DNA of 32,430 bases, from the NCBI GenBank assembly GCA_964494545.1, contig CAZBRN010000002.1:1-32430 (forward strand). Reading direction: 5' to 3'. The DNA comes from an uncultured Candidatus Saccharibacteria bacterium (GTDB lineage Bacteria; Patescibacteriota; Saccharimonadia; Saccharimonadales; AWTP1-31). Position 1 is the stretch's first letter, and each line of letters begins with the position of its first letter. This document shows, piece by piece, positions 1 to 8,694 of this stretch. The notes below the pieces were generated by a model that worked only from the letters and a program-made list of their open reading frames with translations, was not told where the DNA came from and made no database searches. A program made the translations under genes and the position numbers.

Positions 1-797
1 ACTGGATAGATAATTATCCTGGATTCCCCAAAGGCATTGCAGGACTTGAGCTAGCCGACAATTTACGCCTCCAAGCAGAACGGTTCGGTGCCGTTATTGA
101 ACTTGGTGAAGTGCTTTCAATCTCGGACAAAGGTGACCACAAACTGCTCGAAACTACCAGCGGAGATATAAAGGCCAAGGCTGTTCTCATTGCTACGGGT
201 AGTGATTATAAGAAGCTCGGTGTTCCCGGTGAAGCAGAATACTTTGCTCGCGGCGTCCATTATTGTGCGACATGCGATGGTGCCTTTTACCGTGATAAGA
301 AACTCGTGGTTGTTGGTGGTGGAAATTCGGCAGTGCAAGAAGCTATATTCCTTACCCGCTACGCAAGTCATATAGACTTGCTTGTTCGGGGTGATTCGAT
401 GCGCGCTTCTGAAGTACTCCAGCACGAGCTTAAAGAACACAAAGATAAAATCACGGTTCACTTGAACGCAAGTACTGACGAAATAGTTGCAAAAGATAGT
501 ATTGTTACGCATGTTGTCAGTACCGATGCAAAAACTGGTAAAAAGAATAACATCATCACCGACGGCGTGTTTATATTTATTGGATTACTCCCAAATACTG
601 GCTTCCTTAAAGACTCGAAGATCACACTTGATGATATTGGACTCATCAAAACTGACGGTAAGCTTGAAACAAACATGCCTGGAGTTTTTGCGGCAGGTGA
701 TGTTCGCAGTGGAGCCACTATGCAAATAGCAAGTGCAACTGGCGAAGGCGCAACTGCTGCTCTCATGATCCGTGAATACCTTCACGACCAGAAATAG
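1..797 (+). CDS. trxB: Thioredoxin-disulfide reductase, 5'-truncated by the window edge
   Basis: Frame 3 is open from nt 3 (WIDNYPGFPKGIAGLELADNLRLQAERFG...), so the GTG at 111 in the ORF track is not the true start. Motifs: redox-active HYCATCDGAFY (CxxC), second Rossmann VVGGGNSAVQEA, C-terminal GVFAAGDV. Stop TAG 795-797. Confidence 0.9.
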   Translation, partial: WIDNYPGFPKGIAGLELADNLRLQAERFGAVIELGEVLSISDKGDHKLLETTSGDIKAKAVLIATGSDYKKLGVPGEAEYFARGVHYCATCDGAFYRDKKLVVVGGGNSAVQEAIFLTRYASHIDLLVRGDSMRASEVLQHELKEHKDKITVHLNASTDEIVAKDSIVTHVVSTDAKTGKKNNIITDGVFIFIGLLPNTGFLKDSKITLDDIGLIKTDGKLETNMPGVFAAGDVRSGATMQIASATGEGATAALMIREYLHDQK

Positions 798-798
798 G

Positions 799-1470
799 CT
801 ATTTATAGCCAGGGAAGTAATCGGTGACTATTTGATGTCGCTTCGTGCCAAGTACTATAAAGTCTTTTGAAAGTCTTTCAGCCATTGGTTCAGGGCCTGC
901 AATATATAGTTGTTTGTTTTCGATTCCATCGCACAATTCTGAGATAATTTCAGCGGTTAGCTTTTCTGTGGCAGTGTAAGGAACAAATTGAATAAATGGC
1001 TGATTAAGAATATCTTTGAACAGTAGGTCGCTCGATTGGTGTGCACTATATACCAGTTGAATTATCCTTGATTGACCGCTGTCTATAAGCCACTTAATCA
1101 TCGAGCGGTACGGAGTAATGCCAATACCCCCTGCAATCAGTAGTAGCGGAATATCTTCAGCTTTTGGTAATACAAAGTCACCCATTGCCTCGCTGCATTC
1201 TACCGTGTCTCCTACCTTCAAGTGTTGCAGGTTCTTTTTAAATGTACTCTGCGCCGATACGTCGTGCTTGGTAGTTATCGAAAGATATTTTTCGGTAGGT
1301 GATGATGAAAGCGTAAACCAGCGTCGAATACCTCTACTATCAGGGTCATTATGGTGAATCGTGAGTTCAATAAATTGGCCAGCAATATACCGCAGTGGCC
1401 GTTCTGGCGTAAATGAATACGTTACTATTTGGGGTGTCTGATTAAAAATGCGGGATAGGGTTAATTTCAT
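799..1470 (-). CDS. Ferredoxin-NADP reductase-like flavoprotein (FAD-binding plus NAD(P)-binding domains)
   Basis: 223 aa, ATG at 1470. Motifs: RxYS-type FAD motif RWFTLSSSP, nucleotide-binding LLIAGGIGITP, C-terminal LYIAGPEPM. Stop lies 1 nt from the trxB stop (convergent). Confidence 0.7.
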   Translation of the reverse strand: MKLTLSRIFNQTPQIVTYSFTPERPLRYIAGQFIELTIHHNDPDSRGIRRWFTLSSSPTEKYLSITTKHDVSAQSTFKKNLQHLKVGDTVECSEAMGDFVLPKAEDIPLLLIAGGIGITPYRSMIKWLIDSGQSRIIQLVYSAHQSSDLLFKDILNQPFIQFVPYTATEKLTAEIISELCDGIENKQLYIAGPEPMAERLSKDFIVLGTKRHQIVTDYFPGYK

Positions 1471-2165
1471 ACTGAAATGCCACGTTTCTTCCCGTCACGA
1501 AGATGTTGCATTCGTTCAGGGTTATTCGTTGTAATTGCAATTCTCGGGTATAAAAAGTTGAGGAATGAAGCGAGCCATGATTTATTGACAGTAAAAACTG
1601 CAATTTCAAACTTGTGTCGTCGCGCTAGCCAATAAGTGAGCGGATTGAGTGTCCAGAAATTAAAATCAATACCATCAAAGTTATATGTACGGGCAGCATT
1701 AATGGCATCAAATGGGTTTCGATGTTCGAGAACATACGTTTTTATTTTTGGACTTAGCTTTTTAAACTTTGATAATTCAGAATGATTAAATGAAATGACA
1801 CTGCAACGCTTGAGGGAGTGTTTCTTTATATATTCGCTGAGCGGTTGGGCCCATGAATCACTTTTGCCTTCAATGAATAGATATGTGCTGCCCGATAATC
1901 TAACGGCTTGATCAAGCGTAGGCACAGAAATGCCCTCAGGTGAACGTATCTTACTAACCTCATGAGAGTGCATATCATTGACTCGACGATCTACCCCATG
2001 TGTCCGCATGGTAGTTGCATCGTGAGACAATACAAGCTCACCGTCGGCAGTACAACGTATATCAAACTCAATAGCATCAACACCGGCTTTAATGCCAGCT
2101 TGGATAGCTTCAAGTGAGTTTTCTGGGGCAAGACCAGCCGCTCCCCGATGTCCTATAATTTTCAT
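1467..2165 (-). CDS. Glycerophosphodiester phosphodiesterase (GDPD family)
   Basis: Motifs IIGHRGAAGLAPENSLEAI and EFDIRCTADGELVLSHD fit the GlpQ/UgpQ-type catalytic pattern. I place the start at the ATG giving MKIIGHRG (2163-2165). The track start at 2243 would abut the ppa start. Its TGA overlaps the downstream ATG (ATGA, 1467-1470). Confidence 0.8.
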   Translation of the reverse strand: MKIIGHRGAAGLAPENSLEAIQAGIKAGVDAIEFDIRCTADGELVLSHDATTMRTHGVDRRVNDMHSHEVSKIRSPEGISVPTLDQAVRLSGSTYLFIEGKSDSWAQPLSEYIKKHSLKRCSVISFNHSELSKFKKLSPKIKTYVLEHRNPFDAINAARTYNFDGIDFNFWTLNPLTYWLARRHKFEIAVFTVNKSWLASFLNFLYPRIAITTNNPERMQHLRDGKKRGISV

Positions 2166-2190
2166 ACTTATGTCTAGTGTAACAAAATTC

Positions 2191-2219
2191 CTGACGTTCA
2201 CCGTAAAATAAGGTATTAT
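2191..2219 (+). promoter_or_regulatory. Candidate sigma70-type promoter for ppa (CTGACG-17 nt-TATTAT)
   Basis: -35-like CTGACG at 2191-2196, a 17-nt spacer, -10-like TATTAT at 2214-2219. AAGGAG at 2233-2238 lies 5 nt before the ATG at 2244. Sequence match only. Confidence 0.35.
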
Positions 2220-2243
2220 TACATATGAAAATAAGGAGAACAT

Positions 2244-2777
2244 ATGTCAGATTTTAACGTGATTCTTGACGCAGGCTCAGTAGACGACGGGACAATCAAT
2301 ACAGTAATAGAAATCGGAATGGGATCTAAACTCAAGATTGAGTGGAATCGCAAAAAAGCGATTTTTGAACTCGACCGTGTAGAACCAGCGATTTTTGCGA
2401 AACCATGTAACTACGGGTTTATCCCTCAAACACTTGATGAAGATGGAGATGAACTCGATGTCCTTTTGATCTGCGACGAACCAATCCCTACCGGAGTAGT
2501 CGTATCATCAAATATTATTGGAATAATGAATTTTGAAGATGACGGTGAAATGGATCATAAGGTAGTTGCTGTGCCTGCTGATGACCGAAACAGTGGTGAT
2601 GCAATCAAATCACTCGAAGACCTGCCAGCTCAATGGCTCAAACAAGTTGAACATCACTTTAACCATTACAAAGACCTTAAGAAGCCAGGTAGTACAAAGG
2701 TTCTCGGATGGGGTTCTATAGATGATGCCAAAGCAACCATAAAAGAATGCCAAACTCGCTGGACCAAAGAATCCTAA
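2244..2777 (+). CDS. ppa: Inorganic pyrophosphatase (family I)
   Basis: 177 aa. Motifs EIGMGSKLKIEW, DEDGDELDVLLI, HKVVAVPADD. Strong SD upstream. Confidence 0.9.
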   Translation: MSDFNVILDAGSVDDGTINTVIEIGMGSKLKIEWNRKKAIFELDRVEPAIFAKPCNYGFIPQTLDEDGDELDVLLICDEPIPTGVVVSSNIIGIMNFEDDGEMDHKVVAVPADDRNSGDAIKSLEDLPAQWLKQVEHHFNHYKDLKKPGSTKVLGWGSIDDAKATIKECQTRWTKES

Positions 2778-2781
2778 GTAT

Positions 2782-3426
2782 ATGAGTAGTTATCCAGCTG
2801 AACACTGGTTGAAAAAAATACGTGATTATTCCGAGAAGGAGTGGGCACACATGCCTACTCCGTTCTCCAAAGATGTTCTTAAGTATATTGGGAAGAACAG
2901 TAGAATACTGGAGCTTGGAACCGGCACTGGACAAGATGCTATTTGGTTCTCAAGTCAAGGCATGAATGTTACGGCTACAGATGCCCAAGATACATTTTTT
3001 AGTGCCATAGAAGAAAAAGCTAACAATCAAAAACTCACGCTTGCTCTAAAAATCCAAAATGTAACTGATACATTTGATTTCAAGGATAATGAATTCGATC
3101 TAGTTTACGCACACTTGGTGATTCACTATTTTGATGACGACGAAATGACTCAAATTGTTACCGAAATACAAAGAGTTTTAAAACCGAATGGTATTGTTGC
3201 AGTGCTCGTAAACTCTACCAAGGATCCAGAGTACTCTTCAGAACTTGCTACAAATGGCATCATCACTAACGGTAATGTAAAAAAACGATATTTCTCCGTT
3301 GAGACATTAGAGCAACAATTTGGTAATTTCACCACATTACTCCTCGACGATAAAGGAAATACTGTTAAAGATGATTTGATAGGAAATGGTGGCCTCATAA
3401 GATACATCGGACGATCTAATGGATGA
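2782..3426 (+). CDS. Class I SAM-dependent methyltransferase, substrate unknown
   Basis: 214 aa. Motif I ILELGTGTGQDAIWF, acidic post-I VTATD, LKPNGIVAV. Starts 4 nt after the ppa stop. Confidence 0.7.
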   Translation: MSSYPAEHWLKKIRDYSEKEWAHMPTPFSKDVLKYIGKNSRILELGTGTGQDAIWFSSQGMNVTATDAQDTFFSAIEEKANNQKLTLALKIQNVTDTFDFKDNEFDLVYAHLVIHYFDDDEMTQIVTEIQRVLKPNGIVAVLVNSTKDPEYSSELATNGIITNGNVKKRYFSVETLEQQFGNFTTLLLDDKGNTVKDDLIGNGGLIRYIGRSNG

Positions 3427-3937
3427 TGGTAGAAAATATGCAGTACCGTTTGTGGCAACAATTATTGAAAGAACCCATAATGGAGTGCGGCAAGTTCTCA
3501 TAGGAGTTAGAAATCATACCCATACAGAATCAATCTATAATGGTACGCTGGAATTTGTTGCGGGTACCCTAGATTCTCTCTATGAGAATGTATACGACAC
3601 TTTATCGCGTGAAGTGTTTGAAGAAACAGGATTGCAAATATCCAAAATTATTAATGACTCGCAAAAAGTTCCCATCTCACCGCATAAGATAGACAAGGTA
3701 TTTGGATTTAGGCCATTTTGCTGTACGCAGCAGCTTAAAGATGGACGACCATGGGTAGGTTTTATTTTTAGGTGCGAGGTGAAGCCTGGCAAGCTCATAT
3801 CGCAAGATGGCGAGAATCAAGATCTTCGGTGGATGGACATCAAAGAATTTAAAAACATATACACAACAATCCCTGAAAAAATTTTTTCACTAGAGTACCC
3901 GGCATGGCAATACTACTTCGATGAAATTACTGTTTGA
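3419..3937 (+). CDS. Nudix hydrolase
   Basis: 172 aa. Nudix box GTLDSLYENVYDTLSREVFEETGL reads G-x6-E-x7-REVFEETGL, one residue longer than the canonical GX5EX7REUXEEXGU. The ATG overlaps the methyltransferase stop by 8 nt. Confidence 0.7.
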   Translation: MDDGRKYAVPFVATIIERTHNGVRQVLIGVRNHTHTESIYNGTLEFVAGTLDSLYENVYDTLSREVFEETGLQISKIINDSQKVPISPHKIDKVFGFRPFCCTQQLKDGRPWVGFIFRCEVKPGKLISQDGENQDLRWMDIKEFKNIYTTIPEKIFSLEYPAWQYYFDEITV

Positions 3938-4004
3938 AATTGCGTAAGCATTGAATTTCGGTTATGCTTCTATGTAGAAATAGTAGCTTTTACATGGGGG
4001 GATC

Positions 4005-5045
4005 ATGAAGTCACGGGTAGCAATAAATGGATTCGGAAGAATCGGACGCAACGCTTTTAAAGTTGCGTTTGAGCGGAGCGATATTGAGATAGTTGCCATA
4101 AATGACCTGACCGATACTAAAACGTTGGCTCATTTACTCAAGCACGATAGTAACTACGGCACATATCAACATACTGTCACGTTTGACGATAAAAACATCA
4201 TCGTCAATAAGCAGTCGATCGCTGTAGTTGCAGAAAAAGATCCTGCTGCATTGCCGTGGAAAGAACTAAAAATAGACGTTGTCATCGAATCCACTGGCTT
4301 CTTCGTTGATCCTACGCTTGCAAAAGCACATATTGATGCTGGTGCCCACAAGGTGGTTATTTCAGGCCCTGCAAAAGGTGACGGTGCCACTACCATCGTG
4401 CTTGGCGTTAACGAAGACAAGCTCGAAACCGCAGAAGATATTATCAGTAATGCATCATGTACGACAAACTGTATCTCGCCTGTAGCCGCAGTTATTGAAG
4501 CTAATTTCGGTATTGAAAAGGCTATGATGACTACAGTTCATAGTTATACAGCGAGCCAAAAACTACAAGATGCACCAGCGAAAGACCTTCGTGAAGCAAG
4601 GAACGCTGCAGAAAACATTGTTCCGACCACAACAGGGGCGAGTAAAGCAGCAGCACTTGTACTCCCAGCGCTGCAAGGTATCTTTGGCGGGTTAAGTGTA
4701 CGTGTACCGACGCCTGTTGTATCCCTCAGTGATTTTGTCATTATCACGAAGAAGCCTGTTACGGTAGAATCAGTAAACGATGTCTTCAAAAAAGCAGCGA
4801 AGGAACCGTACTATCAGGGAATTCTAGCTGTTTCAGACGAAGAACTGGTAAGTAGTGATTATATCGGTAACAGTCACTCAGCTACGGTTGATCTAAAGCT
4901 TACAGCGGTAGTTGGCGACAACATGCTAAAAGTTGTAGCTTGGTATGATAATGAATGGGGTTATAGTAACCGACTTGTTGAAGTTGTAGCCGATACAGGC
5001 AGACTCCTCCATTTGAAGCATGATCATAAAACGAGCCATCAGTAA
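4005..5045 (+). CDS. gap: Glyceraldehyde-3-phosphate dehydrogenase, type I
   Basis: 346 aa. Motifs NGFGRIGR at the N-terminus, active-site SCTTNC, WYDNEWGYS. G-rich SD GGGGGGA at 3996-4002. Confidence 0.95.
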   Translation: MKSRVAINGFGRIGRNAFKVAFERSDIEIVAINDLTDTKTLAHLLKHDSNYGTYQHTVTFDDKNIIVNKQSIAVVAEKDPAALPWKELKIDVVIESTGFFVDPTLAKAHIDAGAHKVVISGPAKGDGATTIVLGVNEDKLETAEDIISNASCTTNCISPVAAVIEANFGIEKAMMTTVHSYTASQKLQDAPAKDLREARNAAENIVPTTTGASKAAALVLPALQGIFGGLSVRVPTPVVSLSDFVIITKKPVTVESVNDVFKKAAKEPYYQGILAVSDEELVSSDYIGNSHSATVDLKLTAVVGDNMLKVVAWYDNEWGYSNRLVEVVADTGRLLHLKHDHKTSHQ

Positions 5046-5053
5046 TAGCTACT

Positions 5054-5503
5054 ATGAAAATATTTGTCGGTGCAGATCATAACGGGTTTAGGCTTAGAAA
5101 TGAGCTTATTCGTTACCTACGTTCTGCCGGGCATGATGTAGAGGACGATGGTGATAGTGTCTTGCTGGCGGAAGATGATTTTCCGATATTTGCCTCAAAA
5201 GTAGTTCAGAGCATGCGGGGAAGTAATGACACTGACGCTAGAGGTATTTTAATTTGTGGTAGTGGACAAGGAATGTGTATTGCTGCAAACCGATTCAAAG
5301 GAATACGCGCATGTTTGGGATACAACAGAGAATCCGTTAGGACAGCGAGAAACGATGACGACTGTAATGTACTCTGTCTCCCTGCAGATATTCTCGAATC
5401 GGGTGAAGCAAATATTATCGTAGAGACATGGTTGAATGTTCCATTCGCAGGTGCTCCGCGCTTCATCCGTCGAATTAAAGAACTTGATACACTGGGAGGA
5501 TAG
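5054..5503 (+). CDS. rpiB: Ribose-5-phosphate isomerase B (RpiB/LacAB family)
   Basis: 149 aa. Motifs FVGADHNG and ILICGSGQGMCIAANRFKGIRA. Confidence 0.85.
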   Translation: MKIFVGADHNGFRLRNELIRYLRSAGHDVEDDGDSVLLAEDDFPIFASKVVQSMRGSNDTDARGILICGSGQGMCIAANRFKGIRACLGYNRESVRTARNDDDCNVLCLPADILESGEANIIVETWLNVPFAGAPRFIRRIKELDTLGG

Positions 5504-5504
5504 T

Positions 5505-6143
5505 ATGGCTATCGTAGCCCCCTGCATTACTGCAAAAGATGGTGACACGTACAATCTGCAGATGAATCGTGTTGCTGGTTTTGCAAAACGGGTCCATATC
5601 GATCTAGCTGATGGGGTCTTTGCGCCCAATAAACTAATCGACTTAGATGCAATATGGTGGCCTATTGGTGTCAAAGCCGACATACATCTTATGTATCAAT
5701 CAGTTATGCCACATATGAAGCAGCTTTTAGCGCATAAACCCCACATGGTTATAGTGCAGGCCGAGGCTAGCGGAAACTTCTTTGAAATCGCAGAGAGACT
5801 TCATAAATTTGGAATAAAAGTAGGAGTCGCTTTGCTGGCAGATACGTCGGTGAGTGTCATCAAACCAGCCCTCGGATCAATTGATCATGTCTTAATTTTT
5901 AGTGGGGATCTTGGATACTTCGGAGGTCATGCTAAATTGTCTTTATTGCAAAAAGTTACAGAACTTCGTCGACTGTCTCCGGGAGTAGAGATTGGATGGG
6001 ATGGTGGCGTTGCTCCTGAAAATGCAGCTAAGCTCGTTCTCGGTGGCATTGACGTGTTGAACGCCGGTGGAGCTATTCAAAACGCTAAGGACGCCAAAAG
6101 TGCTTATGCTACACTAGTATCAAATATGAAAGCAGGTATATGA
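5505..6143 (+). CDS. rpe: Ribulose-phosphate 3-epimerase family protein
   Basis: Start taken at the ATG giving MAIVAPCI, preceded by GGGAGGA at 5494-5500. The track start at 5436 would overlap rpiB by 68 nt. The metal-ligand pattern is kept: VHIDLADGVFAPN, DIHLM, GWDGGV, NAGGAI. It is divergent from the canonical H-x-D-x-MDG motif (Ala replaces Met). Confidence 0.7.
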   Translation: MAIVAPCITAKDGDTYNLQMNRVAGFAKRVHIDLADGVFAPNKLIDLDAIWWPIGVKADIHLMYQSVMPHMKQLLAHKPHMVIVQAEASGNFFEIAERLHKFGIKVGVALLADTSVSVIKPALGSIDHVLIFSGDLGYFGGHAKLSLLQKVTELRRLSPGVEIGWDGGVAPENAAKLVLGGIDVLNAGGAIQNAKDAKSAYATLVSNMKAGI

Positions 6144-6994
6144 GTACACTAACAATAGAGCAACTCGAACTTCAAGCCGAACAAATTCGCGAAGATATCA
6201 TTCGAATGTTAGAACATGCCGGTAGCGGACATAGTGCGGGGCCTTTAGGGCTAGCCGATATATTTACAGCACTCTACTTCGACATACTCAAAAAAGACCC
6301 AAAAAACCCCGAATGGGATGAGCGAGATATATTCCTGCTTAGTAACGGTCACTGCGTACCGGTGCAATATGCAGCAATGGCTCGTTCTGGCTACTTCGAC
6401 GTTTCGGAACTCATGACATTACGGAAGCTCGGTACACGGCTTCAAGGACACCCAGAACGTACGAAACTTCCAGGTCTTGAAAACACGAGCGGTCCACTCG
6501 GTTGTGGTCTGAGCCAAGCGTCAGGAATGGCTATGGCAATGCGTATGAATGATCAGCATCATCGTTGGATCTATGTTGTCATGGGGGACGGTGAACTTGA
6601 TGAAGGTAATATCTGGGAAGCAGCTATGTTTGCATCAAAGAATAAACTCCATAACATAATTGGAATTATTGATCGGAATAATATTCAAATTGATGGACCC
6701 ACAGAAAGTGTTATGCCACTAGAAGATCTTAAAGAAAAATGGATTAGCTTTGGGTGGCATGTGATTGAAATTGATGGGAATAATATTGAAGCTGTCATTG
6801 ATGCATGCGCGATGGGTAGAGCGATCATCGAGAAACCGGTGATGATAATAGCCCATACGATTCCAGGTAAAGGTGTCGATTTCATGGAATACGACTTTAA
6901 CTGGCATGGTGCACCACCAAATCATGAACAAGCGGTAGAAGCTCTTCATGATCTTCGTACGCTTAAGGGCAAGATAAGGAGCGAGCATGAGTGA
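6140..6994 (+). CDS. Transketolase, N-terminal (thiamine-diphosphate-binding) subunit
   Basis: 284 aa. Motifs GSGHSAGPLGLADIFTALYF and GDGELDEGNIWEAAMFA. ATGA overlap with rpe. Confidence 0.9.
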   Translation: MSTLTIEQLELQAEQIREDIIRMLEHAGSGHSAGPLGLADIFTALYFDILKKDPKNPEWDERDIFLLSNGHCVPVQYAAMARSGYFDVSELMTLRKLGTRLQGHPERTKLPGLENTSGPLGCGLSQASGMAMAMRMNDQHHRWIYVVMGDGELDEGNIWEAAMFASKNKLHNIIGIIDRNNIQIDGPTESVMPLEDLKEKWISFGWHVIEIDGNNIEAVIDACAMGRAIIEKPVMIIAHTIPGKGVDFMEYDFNWHGAPPNHEQAVEALHDLRTLKGKIRSEHE

Positions 6995-7958
6995 TCTTAA
7001 ATTAGTAGACATCACCAAGAAAGATCTGCCAAGTGAACCAATCCGCGCAGGGTTTGGGCGTGGTCTGGTACTCGCCGGGAAAGAGGATAGTAATGTTGTT
7101 GCTGACTGTGCTGATCTCACTACTTCAACACAGATGCATCTGTTTAAAGCAGAGTTTCCAGAACGGTTCGTAGAAATCGGAATCGCCGAACAGAATCTCG
7201 TCACTGTAGCCTCAGGAATGGCAGCCATGGGTAAAATACCGTTTGTAAGTAGTTACGCCGCATTTAGCCCTGGAAGAAATTGGGAACAAATACGAACCAC
7301 GATATGTCTAAACGATAGACCAGTGAACGTCGTTGGATCGCACGCTGGCGTTTCGGTAGGTCCTGACGGTGCTACACACCAAATGCTTGAGGATATAGCG
7401 CTCATGCGCGTATTGCCAAACATGGTCGTAGTAGTTCCAGGAGATAGTTTAGAAGCCGAACGTGCCACACAGGCGCTCGCACGCGACTCACGACCCTCAT
7501 ATTTGCGCCTAGCTCGAGAGGCTACGCCTATTATTACTACAAAAGACACACCGTTCGAAATCGGTAAGGCCTATATATATCGGCCCGGAACAGATGTTTC
7601 GATTATTGCGACAGGTACTATGACCTACCAGGCTCTAGTAGCAGCTGAAAAATTGCATAAGGATGGAATCGAGGCTGAGATTATCCATGTACCAACGATC
7701 AAGCCACTCGATACGACCACGATCATTGCGAGTGCCAAAAAAACCAAACGGGTAATTACTGTGGAAGAAGCACAAGTCACCGGTGGACTCGGTGGAGCGA
7801 TAGCTGAACTTTTAAGTGAGTTTTTCCCAACGAGAATCGTCAGAATTGGCGTCAAAGACACCTTCGGCGAATCAGGCAAATCAGATGAGTTGCTCGAACA
7901 CTTTGGATTAACCGCCAAACAGATCGTCATGCATGCGACCAACCTCACTACAGAATAG
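6987..7958 (+). CDS. Transketolase, C-terminal (pyrimidine-binding plus C-terminal domain) subunit
   Basis: 323 aa. Motifs EIGIAEQNLVTVASGMA and DGATHQMLEDIALMR. 8-nt overlap with the N-terminal subunit gene. Confidence 0.9.
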   Translation: MSDLKLVDITKKDLPSEPIRAGFGRGLVLAGKEDSNVVADCADLTTSTQMHLFKAEFPERFVEIGIAEQNLVTVASGMAAMGKIPFVSSYAAFSPGRNWEQIRTTICLNDRPVNVVGSHAGVSVGPDGATHQMLEDIALMRVLPNMVVVVPGDSLEAERATQALARDSRPSYLRLAREATPIITTKDTPFEIGKAYIYRPGTDVSIIATGTMTYQALVAAEKLHKDGIEAEIIHVPTIKPLDTTTIIASAKKTKRVITVEEAQVTGGLGGAIAELLSEFFPTRIVRIGVKDTFGESGKSDELLEHFGLTAKQIVMHATNLTTE

Positions 7959-7967
7959 CCTTGGTTG

Positions 7968-8591
7968 TTAGCTGTCGAAAGCTTTTTTACGGAGTAGCAA
8001 TAGTCGAGCAATTACAATAAAAATATGAAGCATTAAAATTTGACTGAGTATTATCGACGCTGCAGCGATGTATTGCTGTCTCTCTGACCAGTCGGATATT
8101 ACTTGTGCGTATTTGCTGGTGAAACGAGGTAGACTCTCGCTCATAAAGTAGTTCGAATACACAATCCCCGAAATCGCCACAATAGTGCGGATGATGGTTC
8201 GGATTGCAAAAACTTGTAACTGTTCACGGGGGTCTGTATCTTTGGGATGAACATATTTACTAAAAACTAAATCATTATTAAGCTCAGTTGAAAAATTAGA
8301 ACCGAGCCACCAAATAACATTTATAGCCAAACCAATTAATCCCCAGAATATTGCCAGCGATAATGATCCGGCTACTTTTTCACCAACAAAATGCTGCAGT
8401 AGGCCATCAACTACACCAATTCCTGATCGAATGGGATTGAAATCACCAGTAACCGATAACGCACTTTTAACCAGGTCGAAGCTACTAAGTACAAAGGTGA
8501 CGAACGTAATAAAAATATAAAAGGCTATTTCAACTCCGGTAGGAGTTAGCCAAATTAGCACATTTCGTGTTCGTTCAAAGAAGTTATTCAT
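7968..8591 (-). CDS. Hypothetical integral membrane protein (about 4 TM segments)
   Basis: 207 aa. Four long hydrophobic stretches: IAFYIFITFVTFVLSSF, LSLAIFWGLIGLAINVIWWL, IIRTIVAISGIVYSNYF, AAASIILSQILMLHIFIVIARLLLL. I recognise no family. TATTAT on the minus strand lies 14 nt upstream of the ATG. Confidence 0.6.
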   Translation of the reverse strand: MNNFFERTRNVLIWLTPTGVEIAFYIFITFVTFVLSSFDLVKSALSVTGDFNPIRSGIGVVDGLLQHFVGEKVAGSLSLAIFWGLIGLAINVIWWLGSNFSTELNNDLVFSKYVHPKDTDPREQLQVFAIRTIIRTIVAISGIVYSNYFMSESLPRFTSKYAQVISDWSERQQYIAAASIILSQILMLHIFIVIARLLLLRKKAFDS

Positions 8592-8650
8592 ACGGTAATG
8601 CTACCATAATACCTCATAATGCTTCCGTTTTCGAATCTATCAGTTGTCTA

Positions 8651-8659
8651 TGGTATATT
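8651..8659 (+). promoter_or_regulatory. Extended -10 element (TGGTATATT) upstream of fba
   Basis: TGnTATATT at 8651-8659, followed by AAGGAG at 8682-8687 and the ATG at 8695. Sequence match only. Confidence 0.35.
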
Positions 8660-8694
8660 TTAAACATAAGAATAGTTAATTAAGGAGCTCGCTC

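Noticed and set aside
797-810. GGCTA-TTTA-TAGCC hairpin spanning the convergent stop codons of trxB and the FNR-like gene
   Set aside because: A 5-bp stem with no U-tract. It could arise by chance from two facing TAG stops.
2166-2243. N-terminal extensions proposed by the ORF track: GDPD to 2243, rpe from 5436, TrmH-like to 27049, small membrane gene from 21324, CAP protein TTG at 26420
   Set aside because: The extensions would overlap or abut neighbouring genes or promoters. They add residues with no family similarity. Internal ATGs with an SD or conserved N-termini fit better.
5249-5683. 144-aa minus-strand ORF spanning the rpiB/rpe junction
   Set aside because: It is entirely antisense to two well-supported genes with strong family motifs and has no motif of its own. 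Typical shadow ORF.
6719-7228. 169-aa minus-strand ORF across the transketolase subunit junction
   Set aside because: It is antisense to both tkt subunit genes. The composition is Arg/Ser/Pro-rich, typical of a reverse-frame artefact.
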